Shown piece after piece: positions 1 through 13,600 of a DNA stretch of 64,000 nt (position 1 is the stretch's first letter; each line of letters starts with the position of its first letter). The DNA is taken from assembly GCA_036172245.1 (NCBI GenBank), contig JAYWIR010000006.1, positions 4,464,001-4,528,000 of the forward strand, in the 5' to 3' direction. The stretch is from Raillietiella orientalis (Eukaryota). The notes beneath the pieces are model-generated. The model made no database searches, had not been told where the DNA came from, and saw nothing but the letters and a program-made list of their open reading frames with translations. The position numbers and the translations under genes are program-made.

Positions 1-2310
1 GAGGGCTGAGAGCTCGGGAGAAGGGGAACAGGCCGTAGAGAGAGGGCGCAGGAGAATCTGAACCAGAGGTCTCGGATGAGGTGAGGACCCCATCCTTCCC
101 TCATCCGAAAGACCCTCGGGTTGCTTTGGCCTGTCCCCCCTTCCATCCTGCCTCTGCTGAGGAGACGCGAGAGGCCACTTGCCGCCAGGGGTGCCCTCAG
201 CGTCTCGGACACCGGAGGCGGGTCGCGAGGATCTCTCCATCCTCCCTGGTCCAAGGGAGAAGGAGACAACCAGCGCGGCTGCGGACATCCATGCAAGGTG
301 GCTCGCCTCTTCGGTGGAGGCGCCAGCCATCAAGGTGGAGCCAGATGGAGGGCACCAGGGCCCAGATATGGCCTCATTGTCGCAGAGAAGCCGAGCACCA
401 GCGTTCGCGCGCGCGCTCAGGGCCGCCGAGTGGGCGCCGCGGTGGCTCTCCGACCTGCTCCTTGCGGTAGTAGCCGGAGTGCTTCTGGAAGAGCGGCAGG
501 TCTTCTTGAGAGCCAGCGAACGAGCAGCAGGAGGATCTGATGCTTAGCAGCACAGGGCCGAGACGCTGTTCTCGAGAATCACCGTGGCGGCGGCGTGCAT
601 TCCGGGACAGGTCGAGCGGGCTAGCGCTGCACGAGGAGTGGGAAAACAGACCGGCCATCTTCTGACTCTCCTCCCTGTTCCAGTGGGAACGTCCCCTCTC
701 GGAGCAGCACAAAAGTACGGAGAAAACTTTCCAGCTGCTCCCGGGGGATGATGAAATAGTCACTTGAGGGACGATCCTGTCCATGAGGTCCTGCGGGAGC
801 AAGGAGGAGGAAGAGGAGGAAGGGAGAGGAGGAAGGAAAAGAAAGGAGGCCCCACCGTCACACCGTACGAGAGGATCGCTCACGGAAGCGCCGGAAACGG
901 AAAAGCTTCCTTCTTGGATGCTGTCAAGGGGAAGGCAGTTTTCAACGCCTTCCCGGTGTGTTTTCGGCACTCGCGGGGGGTTTCAGTTCTGGGGGACTCG
1001 TGACGCCGAGGTTCACCGCAGCCAGTAGCTGCGCGGCAGCACGGGCGCCCAGGAAAAGGGAGGAAGTGAAGGTAGTAGCACCATCCGAGAAGGTGGCGTC
1101 CGCTTTCAGCCCTGCGGCGCTGTCCGACGCTGCTCGCAGGGGCACTCAGCCCTCCATTTCTACTTCCAGTGCGATGCAGCATTCAAGAGCTGGGAGGTCA
1201 CTCGTCCTCCCGGCTGCCGAAGGGAAGAATTGGCGGCAACCAGAGGCGGGCGCCGCATGCCGCCTTCCGTTTCGCTCTCTCGAGAAAGCTGAAGAGGAAA
1301 CGGAGGAGAATCCGCAGGGATGCTGCGAGGGTGGGTGCTCATCTCCCTGGCGCTGCTCTCGCCTCTGCAATAGCTGCTGGCTGGGTCTGCACCTTCGCAC
1401 TTGCGAGGAGCCTGCGGGCGTTCACAGAGCTTCGAGGACAGCGCGCGCGCACTGAAGCCGGGCTTCGCCACCCCCGAGGAGCGAGGCAGCCGAGGGGCAA
1501 AGTCAGCGGAGCGGCATTTCGAGGAACGCACTGCGTTCTTCGAATCCCTGTGGCGAGACTGGTTAGCTGAAGCAGGAGTGCGACGGGCACATCGCACCCC
1601 CAGGCGGTATTCCCTGGAGGACTTCCCGGACCCTGGCAGCCCAGTGCAGGCACCACATCGGTTCCCTGCTTTCTGATTCGGAGACACGTCCTGCATCTCC
1701 TTCCAGAGCACCCGCCGTCCCCATGGTTACTGCTCCCGCCACCGAGCGGCGCCTGTGAGCGATCGGCTCCTCTCAAAGAGCAGAGATGAGGGCATGGACG
1801 CCCGAGCGCGACCTCCCGTGACCACGGCCAGCATCTGACTCCCGCACAACCTACACCAGGCCGAGATCATCTCTCGCGATGAACGGGAATCTCGTGTCCA
1901 GAGGCAAACATCTGCAGCGAGCATCCTCGCAGTTGCAGCGGTCCTCCGTGCTGACCGTCTTCTCGAGAGTCGCGGGGACCTCCAGGAAGGAGGGCTATCA
2001 CGCGCCATCTACATATCCTGGAGGTTACGGAAGACCGTTTCAGGGACGCGGATGGGGAAGGATGTCTTCCTCGAAGGGAAGGCATCCTTTTCTCACCGTT
2101 TCCGGGAGATGTCTGCTTCGACGAGCGGAGAACTTGCGCCCCTCCGCCGGGGACAACCGTAAAACGCGGGAGAGAAGGCAATGGGGCAGTAGGGGTGAGG
2201 GAAGAGGGTTCGACGAGGAGGACCCATTTCCCTCCTCCTGATGCTGACCTTTGCCCTCCTCAGGAGTGCACCGCTCGAAGGAGCAGATATGGCCTCATGC
2301 AGCTCCTAGC
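1..2310 (+). mobile_element. GC-rich, heavily decayed L1/Tx1-like fragments (ORF2 C-terminal pieces and an ORF1-like start)
   Basis: AQIWPH at ~360 and AAVLRADRLLESR at ~1935-1975 resemble the family C-terminal motifs seen at 57130-57230 (CYMLESR...AYRWPHL). SFLDAVKGK occurs at ~908. Confidence 0.4.
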
Positions 2311-2989
2311 ATTCTGTTCTCACAGACCGCGGGGGTGGGGGGGGAAGCGCCTCGACCTTCCTTGACCTTCCGCTGACATGAACACGTGCGAACGCAGGTG
2401 GTCCGCCGGAGCAGAGTCACACGGGTCTTCAAGATCAGGAGCGAACCCGGAGGGCGGGCGACCGGGGCTACAAGCCGAGTTGGGGAGGCCCGCCGCGCCG
2501 CAGACTATGATTTTTCGGTTCCCCACGAGCAGCAGTGCCTCCCTCCTTCGATTCATGCTCCTCTCCCTATCTGGGAGCCGAAATTCCCTCGTGCCAGTCT
2601 CCCGGAACACGCAGGAGCTCTAGCGATCTCTAACAGGTCCTCCGGAGGCTGCGTGCGTGGGGAGGAGGTACTCCGCGCCTGTCCGGGGACTCCTGTCTCC
2701 TTCCTCTCCCGAAAGAATCCCCCGTATGCAGACGAGCACGTGCCCCCACGTCCTGGGAAGGGTCGGAGGGAGCCAGCGGCAAGGTCGCCCTCCCTCCCGA
2801 CCTCGCCTCCTGCTGCCCGGGAGCTGCGACCCTGGGCGGGACAACCGCCATGTGGACAGATGGAGCCCGCGCGGTCGCTCACGGGAAGGTCTCCTGGCAC
2901 ATCTGGCACCGCCGGCAGCCGCCCTACAGGGCAAGGCGCGCAGTATCCCTCCGGGCCGAAGGGCAAGTCATCAGGGAAGCCGTGACCAC

Positions 2990-5900
2990 GACCTCAGCTC
3001 CTCCCTAGAGGAAAGCCTTCGGTGGTCGAGGACGAATGGGAGGACGTCGCCAGGCGAATCCTTCCCTGAGGTCCGCGAGGCCTTCGAGTCCCTCGGGCAA
3101 GACCTGGGAAAGTCCAGGTCAGAGCGGCTTCGTCCAGCCGGGAAGCTCCTCGGTGCGCGTCACCTGCCGCTACAGGCAGGAGGTAAGAGAGCTCAAGGAG
3201 GTGACCCGGAGCATCGACGTGTACGCGTCCCAACATAGGGGTCCCAACACCTCTTGGTCCTCGGCAGCGAAGGTGCCGACGCGCGCAACCTCCGAGAGAG
3301 GGCGTCCGATCACCGAGGTCAGCGACCCCCGGGTCGACTCGGAGAGGGTTCCTGCATTCTAACCTATTGTCGGTCAAGGCTCGGTGCTTGCTCTGATGAT
3401 GGGGCGATGGTCATGAGGTCACCCCAGCGTGAAGAGAGATTTCGGCTTGGGTGAAAGTAGGGGAGCGTCCTGCGGGCTGACCGTGGATCATCTGCCCGTG
3501 TGCGGGTCACCTGGGGGCTTTTCTGCCTCCCGAGGAGGATGACTCGCGGTGGAGGCATCTCCAAGGGCAACGTCCTCCGTTCACGTTCCCTTCCCTTCAC
3601 GTTCACGGTCTAAGGAAAAGCGCCACATTCGGTCTCCTTGACCCTCAAGAAAGACTCCCCGTTTTCCCTTCACAGCCCCGGGTAGTGTGCGCTCAGCTCT
3701 CTGCCGGGCGAAAGAGCTGGCGGCCGGGCCAACGGCCTCGCGTTCTTCGACCTCAGGCACTTGGGTTTCCGGTTCGCGTGAAGCGGATCGGCGCAGGTGT
3801 CCGGGAACACCACCGCTGCGAGCCAGCTGTGGTGTTTCCGGCGTCACTGCCAGGGCGGCCGGAGACAGGGACCACGGCCACAAACGCTCCGCTCTCCTCT
3901 CCCCCGCAGAGGTAGAGGAAGGCTCAACGGAAGGAGTTGGGTGACTCCGCCTTGCAGCCATCGCAAGGCAGGGTTGCCACACTCTCCCCGAGCCGCATTC
4001 AGGGGGAGGGGACGCTGCGATGAAACGCTTCCGGCGACGTCTACGACTCGGGAGGAGGTCGCGTCGCATCCCGCTGTACGACGCTTCATGTGACCTTGCG
4101 GATGCTGCGGGACGGGACGCCCGGGACGTCAACATATGCTTCTATCCGACTGACTGATCTTCGCCTACTCCACTTCCGCATGGTCGCCTACCACCCGCTA
4201 TGGCTGCGGCCTCCGGGAGGTCAAGCATGCTGCCAAGCATCGCGGGTTCGAATCCCGCCCTAGGAAGGGTCGACGACCCGAGAGGGGAGATGAGTCACGA
4301 GTTTTGAGTGCCCCCTGCAGGATGGCACTGGTTGATCCATCCGGGTGCGGTGCTGGAAAGTCCGGTCAAATGGCCCCCAGGATCGGAGGCCGACCCTCCG
4401 AAAGGCCCTTCAGGACATGAAGGAGCGCCAGTTACCTTCGGGGTTCCTTTCCCTGGGAAAACGGTGGTGAAAACGGAGACGTTACCATGGAGCTGGTTGA
4501 CACCCCTCATCGGAGGTCGCCTCTCCAGAGTGCCAGAGGTGCGCCACTCCCTTCGGGGAGGCCCCTTCGGAGAAACAGGAAGCATCCCTCCAGGGTCCCC
4601 TTCAGAGGAGGAGGGAAGAAGGGGCGGTCCCCATGTGGGTTCCCTCTGGAGAAGGAATGGGGAGGAACGTCCCCCCTCTAGGGGACCCCCCGGAGAGAAC
4701 AAGGAGGAGGTTCTTTACTCCCAGGCGGACCCCTTTCTCCGGAGCCTGCCTGGAATCCTTCCAGTCAGGGGTCACAACTCCTGACTGGAAGGGTCACGAG
4801 CACCCTCGAGTGGTGTGGAGGGTGTTACAAGAGCTTGTGACCCCCCCCTTCCTCAAGGAAGCGGACGGGTCTCCAGAACTCTCCGGGAACCAGGAAGAGA
4901 AGAACCTCTGCTTATCTCCTGGGAACAGCCCGCGCAGTTCGCTGTCCGTTCACCCGACCGCCCCCTCCTCCTTCCGTCATCCAGGCGGCGGCAGCACCCT
5001 CTCTCCCGGGCCGGTGCGCGCTGAGCGGCGTTCGTTTCGGAGTCTCCCCCTCGCGCTCTGCACGGGGTCAGGAGGTCGCCATGGAGCTCTCTTTCGGACC
5101 CTGGGGTGCAGCTTTGGCGATCCGGAGTTCCCAAGGTGTTTTTCTTGGGCATCTCGGCGAGGAATCGGACGGACGCGCCGTTCGCTTCCGTCCAGTGACG
5201 TCGGCGTATCCGTGGCGACCCCGCGCTGGCGGCGCCCGGCCCTTCCTCTCCTGCTCCAATCAGCGCGCATGCGGGCGCAGGAGCGATGGCGACGGAACGC
5301 CCAAAGGAACCCCCTCCTCCCCCCCTCCAGGTGAAGAGATGAAAAATGGAGCCAGGATGGAGTGGGCGGGCGCGCAGCTGCCGGGATGATTGGCCCGCCG
5401 GCGTGGGAAGGTGCGCCCTCGGTCAGGTCCAGAAGTGCTGCAAGCGGCGGCAGGGCTCCCCGCTGGAAGAATACGCGAAGAGGTGGGAATCAGGAAAGGA
5501 AGCGACCAAGACCCATCCTTCATCATTTCATGGCCGCCGTTCCCCACGACTGGACAAGAGAAGGCCCGAAGGGAAGGAGCCATTCACACTGGCCCTTCTG
5601 CTGCGTGTTCCCGCGACAGGGCGCAGATACGGGGGTGACCAGCTCGTCGCAGGTGAGGCGCACCATCTCGGGTGTCCTGGGTGCCCAGCTTGGGTGGGTC
5701 CCACGCACCCGTAGGACGGCCGTGTGGCGCGCCCGAGGGCGCGGACATTCGCGCGCTCCTGAGAGGTTGCGGTGGCCCGGCCGCGCGTTCCCGTTACGCC
5801 ACTGCGGAGCGGACGGGGCATCTGGACCCTCCTGTCTCAGGGAGCGGAGAGGGGCTGAGGTGCCACCTGCACCGCTGCGGTCCGAAGGCGAGGTGGGGAG

Positions 5901-6780
5901 GCTGAAGGTCATGGGAGGGTTCCTTAATTGGTTTCCCACACGGCATCGGCGTGCGAGGGAAGGCGCCTCGCACCAGCCGGAGGAATGCCTTCCCGATGGC
6001 TTACGCGGGAGCGGCGGCTGCCGCTCCAATCCACTTTTCTCTCGCGGGGGAATATCCGGCACGGGACGGTCCGACCGGTTCCATGTGTGTCACGCCTCTG
6101 ACGGCGGCGGCCGCTGCAGAGCCCCGCCGCACAGGCGGGTGCTCCCTTCCGCGCGCGCGGCGACAGGAAGCACCCATGCCCCACCCTGCACCAAGGAGGC
6201 CCACAGGAGGCCACGTGGCAGCTGAGGTCTCCGTCTGTAGCACCACCAAGAGTCGCGGATTCCACCCAGGGAAGGGTCGATGCCGAGAGATGGGGGTGCG
6301 CAGTGGGTTCGAGTTCCTACCGCGAGATGACGCTGGTTGTCTCATAGTCGGGTGCGGTGCCCGCAGTGGTTCAAACCGGATGCCCCCTATGGGTGGCCAG
6401 GACTAGTAGTCGACCCTCCGGGGTCTTCCAGGAAACAAAGTCAAGGAGTGGGGGTTCCCCTCCGGTTGTGTAAAGGAGCGGAACCCCTCTTCGGGGGGGG
6501 GGACTCGTCTCGTACCACGATGCCTCTCCAGAGTGCAGAGAAGTGCACCGCTCCCTTCGGGGAGCCCCACCCCTCTGAGAAAATTCAGAAGAGTCCCATC
6601 GGTACTCTCTTCAGAGGAGGAAACAGGAGCGGTTCCCTTGCGGATCCCCTCCCGAGAAGAAAAAAGGGAGCGGACCCCTTCGGGAGTCTCTGCGTAGAGA
6701 ATAAGGAGATTCCCTTCGAGGTTCCCTCCGGAGACAGACATAGTGGTGAGGTTTCCCCTTCGGGGATCCCTACCCGGGCG
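2990..6780 (-). mobile_element. GC-rich decayed L1/Tx1-like fragments: ORF1-like piece (~3000-3750) and two paralogous APE-endonuclease-region copies (~4230-4700 and ~6240-6760)
   Basis: 4365-4700 and 6380-6760 align by eye with each other and with the endonuclease region at 30060-30500. RVILLG at ~3530 is shared with the ORF1-like piece at ~10398. Confidence 0.5.
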
Positions 6781-7640
6781 TGAGAGGAACGAACCCCTTT
6801 CTACGGAGTCCTTCCTGGATTCATGGGGTAGCCCCCTATCTTAAAGATACGGCAGGGCTACAGCCTGAGTCCCTTGATCTTCAGCACCTACTTCAAGTTG
6901 GTGCTGAGGGCGTACAAAAAGACTTTGTCTCGCCTGCTACGTGCATGTCCAGACACACCGGCCGTGCGCAGACGATCTTCTGCTGCTGCTCCCCATGTCC
7001 ATCCCGGCGGCGGCGCTCGAAAATTTCTTCGAGCTGTTAAGCAGCGGGCCAGGCCGGACCTGAGCAGGCGCGAAAATGGTGTCAAGGTCGGCCGTGTCCC
7101 CGTGGCACTTGGATCGCCGCAGAGAGAGACAGGGTGATGGGAGGGCCAGGGAGACCCTCCGACTCGAGCGAAGGTACGGATGGACATTCAAGAATCCAGG
7201 TGGGAATAGGCAAGTTGAGAATCTGCTGAATTCTTCCAGGGGCGCTCGCCCTCAAAGACCAGCATCCGCGGGGTGATGTGGTCCGCCGAGGTCCGTCGAA
7301 GCAAGCGGCGGCGTTCGCACGGAGTGCACCCTCCGGGACTATCGGCAGGCGTGGATGGTGGCGGACCGGTGCTTTCGTGGGTCCTGCCCACCGTTGGTCC
7401 CCGCTCGCAGATGGGAAGGCCTCCTCTCCCAGAGGGGGGATGAGGCAGAACGGTCGTTCTCCGAGGCTCTAGACCCTGGGCTCTCTCCGCCGAAGAAAGC
7501 GACCGGCCCCTGAGGTCGCGCGGGAGGAAGGCGAGGTGGTGAACCGGACGTCCACCGCGCCCCTGCGTTCCGGATTTAAGCTTGCGACGAGGGTGGTGTC
7601 CGGGACGACAAGAAGGGAGGGCGGAGCTTCCCGGCATGTC
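6780..7640 (+). mobile_element. Decayed non-LTR reverse transcriptase fragment (L1/Tx1-like)
   Basis: IRQGYSLSPLIFSTYFKLVLRAY at 6847, CADDLLLLL at 6965 (frameshifted YADD motif) and FKNPG at ~7187; paralogous to 36363-36520. Confidence 0.85.
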
Positions 7641-7699
7641 TAGGGCAGCGAGCGCCGTTGCCTGGTAGCCCCTCGGATGCTGCTCCCGGAAATTCCTAA

Positions 7700-10600
7700 G
7701 TCGGACGCGCGCTCTTCGAGCACCACTCTCTCCCGCGTGCCGAAGGGAAGCCAGGAGCGAAGCGGTTCCCGCTTATACAGGTGCCGGGAGCGCATGGACG
7801 CTCCCAGCGGCGCTCCACGCCTCGACTGCTCCGGTACCTTGCGCGACGGAGATCGGTGGCGCTGCGGTCCTCTCGGAACGCTAGCGTCCGGGGGCTGGTC
7901 ATTTCAATCCGGGAGTGACCGAGGTTCTCCAGATCGACCGCTGCCTCAGGCCTTTCAGGAACCCCTTGAAGTGCGCCCAGTGTGCGGCTCCTCCGGCACG
8001 GCGCAGGGTCCCAAGTGGTCAAAGGGGACGTAGGTCCTTCCCCCCTTCCTCCTTCCTCCATCACGCTTCGAGGCTTCTTGCCCAGTGGGAAGAACTTCCT
8101 GCGGGTTTGGTTCGGTTGGCGACGGAAGTTCCAGGAACACCTTGAGGAGCGAAATGTCTTCCCGCTTCTCTGCATTTCCGCTTCCGGGACCCATCGGCTG
8201 CGGCGGACACAGACGGAGGAACCCGAAGTCCCGCGGGATGGACTGCGTACTTTCCGAGTCGCGTCCTCCAGGGATGACGGAAGAGGATTCTTCGCTTCGC
8301 ACGACTCACCAGCCACTGACTGCCGGAATGACCACCGAGCACGGCCGTGACCGCGAAGGTCCGATCGATCCTTCAGCCGGCGAGAGCGGGATTTTCTTCC
8401 CGCCCGCCTGCCTCCAGCTCCAGCGCCTAACGACGCTCCACCGTGTGCGCAGAATCCCCCGCCTCTGAACACGGGCGGGAGAATACGTTCTAAGCTCACA
8501 CGGGCCCGTGACAGGCCGTAGTCCTCGCCGGCGGACTCCTGAGAGAACCTGCGGATTCAGCGGCGTTGCCAGGGAGACGAGCGCCCTCGTTTCTGACACG
8601 GAAGTACCCTGCGCGAGATCCCGGAAGCTCCCTGAAACCTGGGGCGACCCTAAACGCGCCTCCCTCGCACGCTCTGGCAGGATCTCCGCGACCCCTGCGC
8701 CCGCGCGAGCGGCCCGGTGCCCTCTGGTCCGGATGCTGCCTGGCGATGTGGTCCTGATGCAAGCGGGCGCATCTCCAGCCTCTGCGCCTCGAGGGAGGCG
8801 GCGGCGAAGGCCTGAGGGGGCGCGGCGGATTTCCAGGGTCTGTCGCGAGGGGGGGAGCGGTAGAACGAGGCTGGTAGCAGGTGCGGCGGTCCCCAGATCG
8901 GGAGAATCTGCGTCGCTTGGGGGGAGGGGGGGTGCCGGGGACAACGCAACCCCTGAGCCCGCTCTGCTTCGCTCCATGCGGGTAACCTCCCTCCTATGGA
9001 AGGTTCGGCGGGTCTCCTACGTAGTCGGGAAGTGGTGGGGCCCAGAACGAACGGACAGACGTCTCGCGCGCTCCAGACGACGCGCTGAAGGCCACGAGTG
9101 GACCCGCGCATCCTCGACGTCCTTAGGCTCTATTGATCCGTCGCGGGCAACGTGGTGGGCTCCAGGCTGGAGCAACTCCGAGTGGTCGGCTGCACCCTCT
9201 CCGAGCGAGCGCAGGTGCAGATGAATGCAACTGGACCCCCGCGAGGACAAACCGGAGGTCATCCTAATATTGACCCGGGCAACTTGGTGCTGCTGCTCCC
9301 CCTCCCCTCCCCGCGCGCCCTTCCCACACCAGCAGTGCCGGAGCCGAGCCTGGAGAGAAGGATGGCAATCCAGAAGGCGCGCCAGAATTGGCCGAGCCGA
9401 TTCCGGTCCGTGCGGTCAGCCCCTCCGAATGGACCGCCAAAGGGGTCGTGAGGCCCCTTCCGCGCCTTGGCCATACCCCGGAAGAATGTTCAAGGGCGAG
9501 AGACTCGAGACTCCTGCGCCCAGGAGTCTCGAGACGGCAATCGCCTTGCGCCGCGCTTGCGGCATCGCCCGCGGACCGCCCACGGGAGAGGCACGAGGTC
9601 ATCCATCCTCACGTCCGTTTCCACGGCGACGGAAACGACCGTGGCCCCTCCTGGACCCAGCGAGGGGGGATGCCGCCCGCGTGGCGTGCCAGCCACAGGG
9701 AGGGGAGGCATTCCATCCCCCATCCCCTTGGTCACCTGCTGCTTGTCCCCCCCAAGGGCACTGGGCCTGCAGAGAGCAGGCAAACTGCGCGGTGGGCGGC
9801 TCCCGGCCGGAGTGGCACAGGGAGCCCGCCGCCCGTCCTACTTCCCGCCCTGTTGGCTCAAGTCCGGGCACCACGCCCTCATCCCGGAAGTATCAGGAGC
9901 CCATCCGACACGAAATGGTCGACAGGGGAAGGCTGGACATCAGCTGGCGAGAGGCGGAAGCGTCCCAAATCTCCCTGAGGGCATGAGGGGATTGAAGGGA
10001 GGAGCTGCAGGCAGCAAGAAAACAAATAGGGGGGTCCTACTGACCAGCTGTTTGGTGATCGTGAACTGCACGGAAACCCTCCGTTTCCAGGGGGCGTTCC
10101 TCTGCCATGAGTAAAGAAAAAAAAGAAGAAAACGCCTGAGACGGTGACCTTCTCGAATGCCAACGGCGTATACGGAGAGGGCGGGTCTTCAGTGAGGGAA
10201 GGAGGACGAGCAAAGGGAGACACGGAGCTCCCCCCCGGTCGGGCCCAAGTCCTCCCTCGGTCGCCCCGAGCCCCCTCCCTTCTGCTGCGCTTCCCAGCAT
10301 GGGCAACCCCGTCTTACCCTTCGCCTCAAGACACCTTTGGAAATAGCACCCCTTGGAAACAGTACTCTCCTCGCATCCCGTCCAGTCCACCTCGCTCGGG
10401 TCATTCTGCTGGGAGGTGACCGGCGAGCCCAAAGGGGTAGACATCCGTCTGGAGGGCGTTCCTGGGGATGCCCTGGAGATGTTCGGAAGCGCGAGCGGAT
10501 GCCAGGACCTTTCTCCTGGGGGTTCTTTGTAGCGGAAGGGAGCATGACGTCATCCCCCTTTTCCAGGAAGATCCGGGAAGAGGCGCCTTCCAGAGCGCTC

Positions 10601-13600
10601 AGGATCCCCGGGAATTCGTGGAGAGTCCTTCCAGTTTCTCGAGACCTCTTCAAGCGGGTCTCATGACCTCTTACCAGCCGCTGCGCTCCCTACGGCGCCG
10701 TGTTCTCGATAGCCCCTGCTACCGGGTAAGTCACTCCCCCCCTCTTCGCTGCAGAAAAGGTGCCCAATCTTTCCTCAGCGTGCCGAAGCGGAAGGGGACT
10801 CACAGCGCCCTCCGTGACCCCGCCGTGACGCAGCCCCAGGGAAGAGACCGGCGTGGTCTAGGATTTCGTCGATGGGAGTCTCCTCGAGCACTGCCGGGTG
10901 CAAAGGTCACGGTTTTCCGGGAGTGCCTGCCTGGGAGACGACACCCCCGAGGCCCGCCTCAGGGAAGGGCTCAAGCCGAGAGAGGGGACCGTACGTGCCC
11001 TTCCGGGCCGGTCGCACCCTCCACTGCGCTGGCGCGCGCGGAGACGCAGCCTCGGACTCGGCGACGGGACAGACACCTTCCTGGCCTCCCCTCAGCCGCC
11101 ACGCAAGAACGCCTTGGGCCGGCGCGGCTTCCAAGGTCTCGCATGCCGCTCAGAGTCCCTCGGGAAGCATCTGTCGTCCCCGCCTTCTCCCATGCACCCG
11201 CGCTCAGTTCATGTCCTTCCTGCTGGCTGCGCTCTTCACCCGTCTCAACACGATCTGATATTCGTCGAGCCCCACTCGCGCCCCCGCGGACCCGTGGCCT
11301 TCCCTCCGGGAGCTCCCCCTTGCAACCGTCAACCTCTCTCCAGGCTTCCGCCCATTGGCAGGCGCTCGCCTCCCTCGCGAACCACCCGTTCCCGGGAGTC
11401 CTCGCGGGCCGGGAGACTGTCGCTCCCGGGAGGCCATCCGACCTCCGTGCCAGGCGTGACCCTTTGACTCGCCTGCTCTCAGGGACACGTGTGGCCCCCC
11501 CTGCAGAGCCGATGGGCAGGTGGTTCGCTTTGGAGGAACGTCCGAGGCTCTTGCAGCGTGGGTTCCGCGGAGGAAGGGGCACCAGCGTGGCGGTCAACAA
11601 TGACTTTCTAAGAGGTTCCTCTGCATCCGCATCCCGGAAATCGTGCTCCGACTCCTCGAGGACGGTCCACTTCCCACCGTTTTCCTGAAGTCCGGGGAAA
11701 GCGGAGCGTCATCGCAATGGCTGTCGACTTGAGACCCGAGGAGGGGGGGGGGGAACGTGGTGCTGCTCGGACCGGATCTGGTGGGGCTGCCAGATGTGCG
11801 TGTGCAGGGGGGAGGAGGGGAGGTTCGGAGACCTCAGTGCCTCCGGATGTCGACTCGGGGAACGATGCTTGCTGCTCCGCCATTCCCTTGGGCGGAAAGC
11901 TCCCGAGGTCGAAAAGTCACCCCTACCGCTCCACGATTCCTGCTGACCTTCCAATCCGGCCAGTCCGCTCGACACCATCGCTGACTCCGTCGGCGGGGAC
12001 CCTTCCTCTGGAGCCGGACTTCCTACCCCACGAGATGTGGACCGCGTCATCCTGTCCGCCTTCTTCCGTGGGGATGGACCGTAGGGCTCTCGCCTGGGCC
12101 CGCAACGAGGCGCCACCTCCATGGAGGGACTCTTGATCGACCCTCCCGCCTAGGGACGTGGCACCTCTCAGAGGGAGATGTGCACCCGAGACTGAAGAGG
12201 CGGGATGTTCCACGCACCCGTCCGTGACCTTCGCCCACAAACACGCGTTCGCACCGCGCGTGGGACCGCCTTAGCAGGCAGGAGGAAGGGACTTTCTCCA
12301 CTCCTGAAAAAGGAAGAGGTGGGGGAACAGGGCAGGCGACCACGTACAGAGACATCATGTACATAAACCGACCCGTACAGAGACCACCTCCCACCAAGAC
12401 TCAGCATCCCGATAGGGGAGGCCGCCCACCTGCCGGTGGACCCTCATTCGCAGGTCACCACCAGAGGTAGCAGCTGCGCACTTCCGTGGTGCCAGGCGAG
12501 TGGCGGCGTCCAAGCCCCTTCCGCCGCGAGATAATCCCCGGCGTTGCCGTGCGACGCGAATGGTGTGGTCTGCGCACTGCGCGACCGAGGAAGGGACGCC
12601 CCTGGCGCTACACCACTTACAAAGGACCGGGGATCCCAAGAGGCGACTGAACCGGCCCTCGCTCCGGCCACAGCCCCTGCAACGGTGTCCCTTTGCGATT
12701 GGCCGGGAAGCTCCTGGTAACCAGGAGACGAGCACCAGCGACGCGTCAGCAAGGGTGCTCGGGTCGGGACGAGTCTCTGGTCGGACATTGGGCTGGGAAA
12801 ACGAGCCGAACGGGTGAGCGTGATAGCGAGGGTCCAGACGGCTCGCATGCCCCAATGGCGCTACTCCTGAGCCACTTCTGGAGCCACCCCTTCTCGCCCC
12901 GCAGTTCTCGGAGACGCCGGCTCCAAAGACTTGTCGGACCGGAGGGAGCGAGCGCGGAAACATGTCAGAGGAGGCCTCTGACCCATTCAGTTGGAGAGAG
13001 CCCATCGTGCTGCCCCGAGTGAGGACGCAAGGCTTTTTTGGACCTTCAGGCGGTGGCGGGAGAATGGCTCCGCGGGACCCTCAACATCCCGATGGCTCCC
13101 TCCACGACGCGCCCCCTCAGGAGGCCACGTGCAGGTCGAGCTGGCTGCCCTTTCGGGTGGAGGGAAGGGAAAGCGACGAAGAGCGCTGCAAGCGTTTCCC
13201 ACCGCCGCCTTCTTCGGCGTGGAGGTGGACCCGGGACGCTCTTCCCGGAGGCATTAGGAGAACATCGGCAACCTGCCTTTTGGTAAGGAAGGGGGAAGGA
13301 GACGTCTAAGGACACACCTCTCCGAAGGTGCGCCTTTCTCCCTCGTGGGCGGCGAAGACTCCGCAATGGGGACCTCCGGGAGGGGAGGGGCGTGTATCGA
13401 TCGCCGGGCTGCAGCGCCTCCACGAGCGTCCTCGCCGGACGAGCGCGGCGTGGCCGGGTGGTCGACTGCCGAGGGCGCGTCGGAGCTCCCGCGCGAGCGC
13501 GTCCGCGAGGGTCGCCGCCTTCACGCACGCCGCGCTCTCCTGCCGCCTCGTTGCCGCGCGACGGATGGAGCCGCGTCGAGGGAGTCCGGAAGTTCCGGCA

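Noticed and set aside
4201..4265. tRNA-like T-arm GCGGG-TTCGAAT-CCCGC with TGGC at A-box spacing
   Set aside because: No acceptor stem or proper anticodon arm. The segment is paralogous to 6247-6290, which lacks the motif, and both read as the post-endonuclease W/R..NP.LL-type motif on the minus strand.
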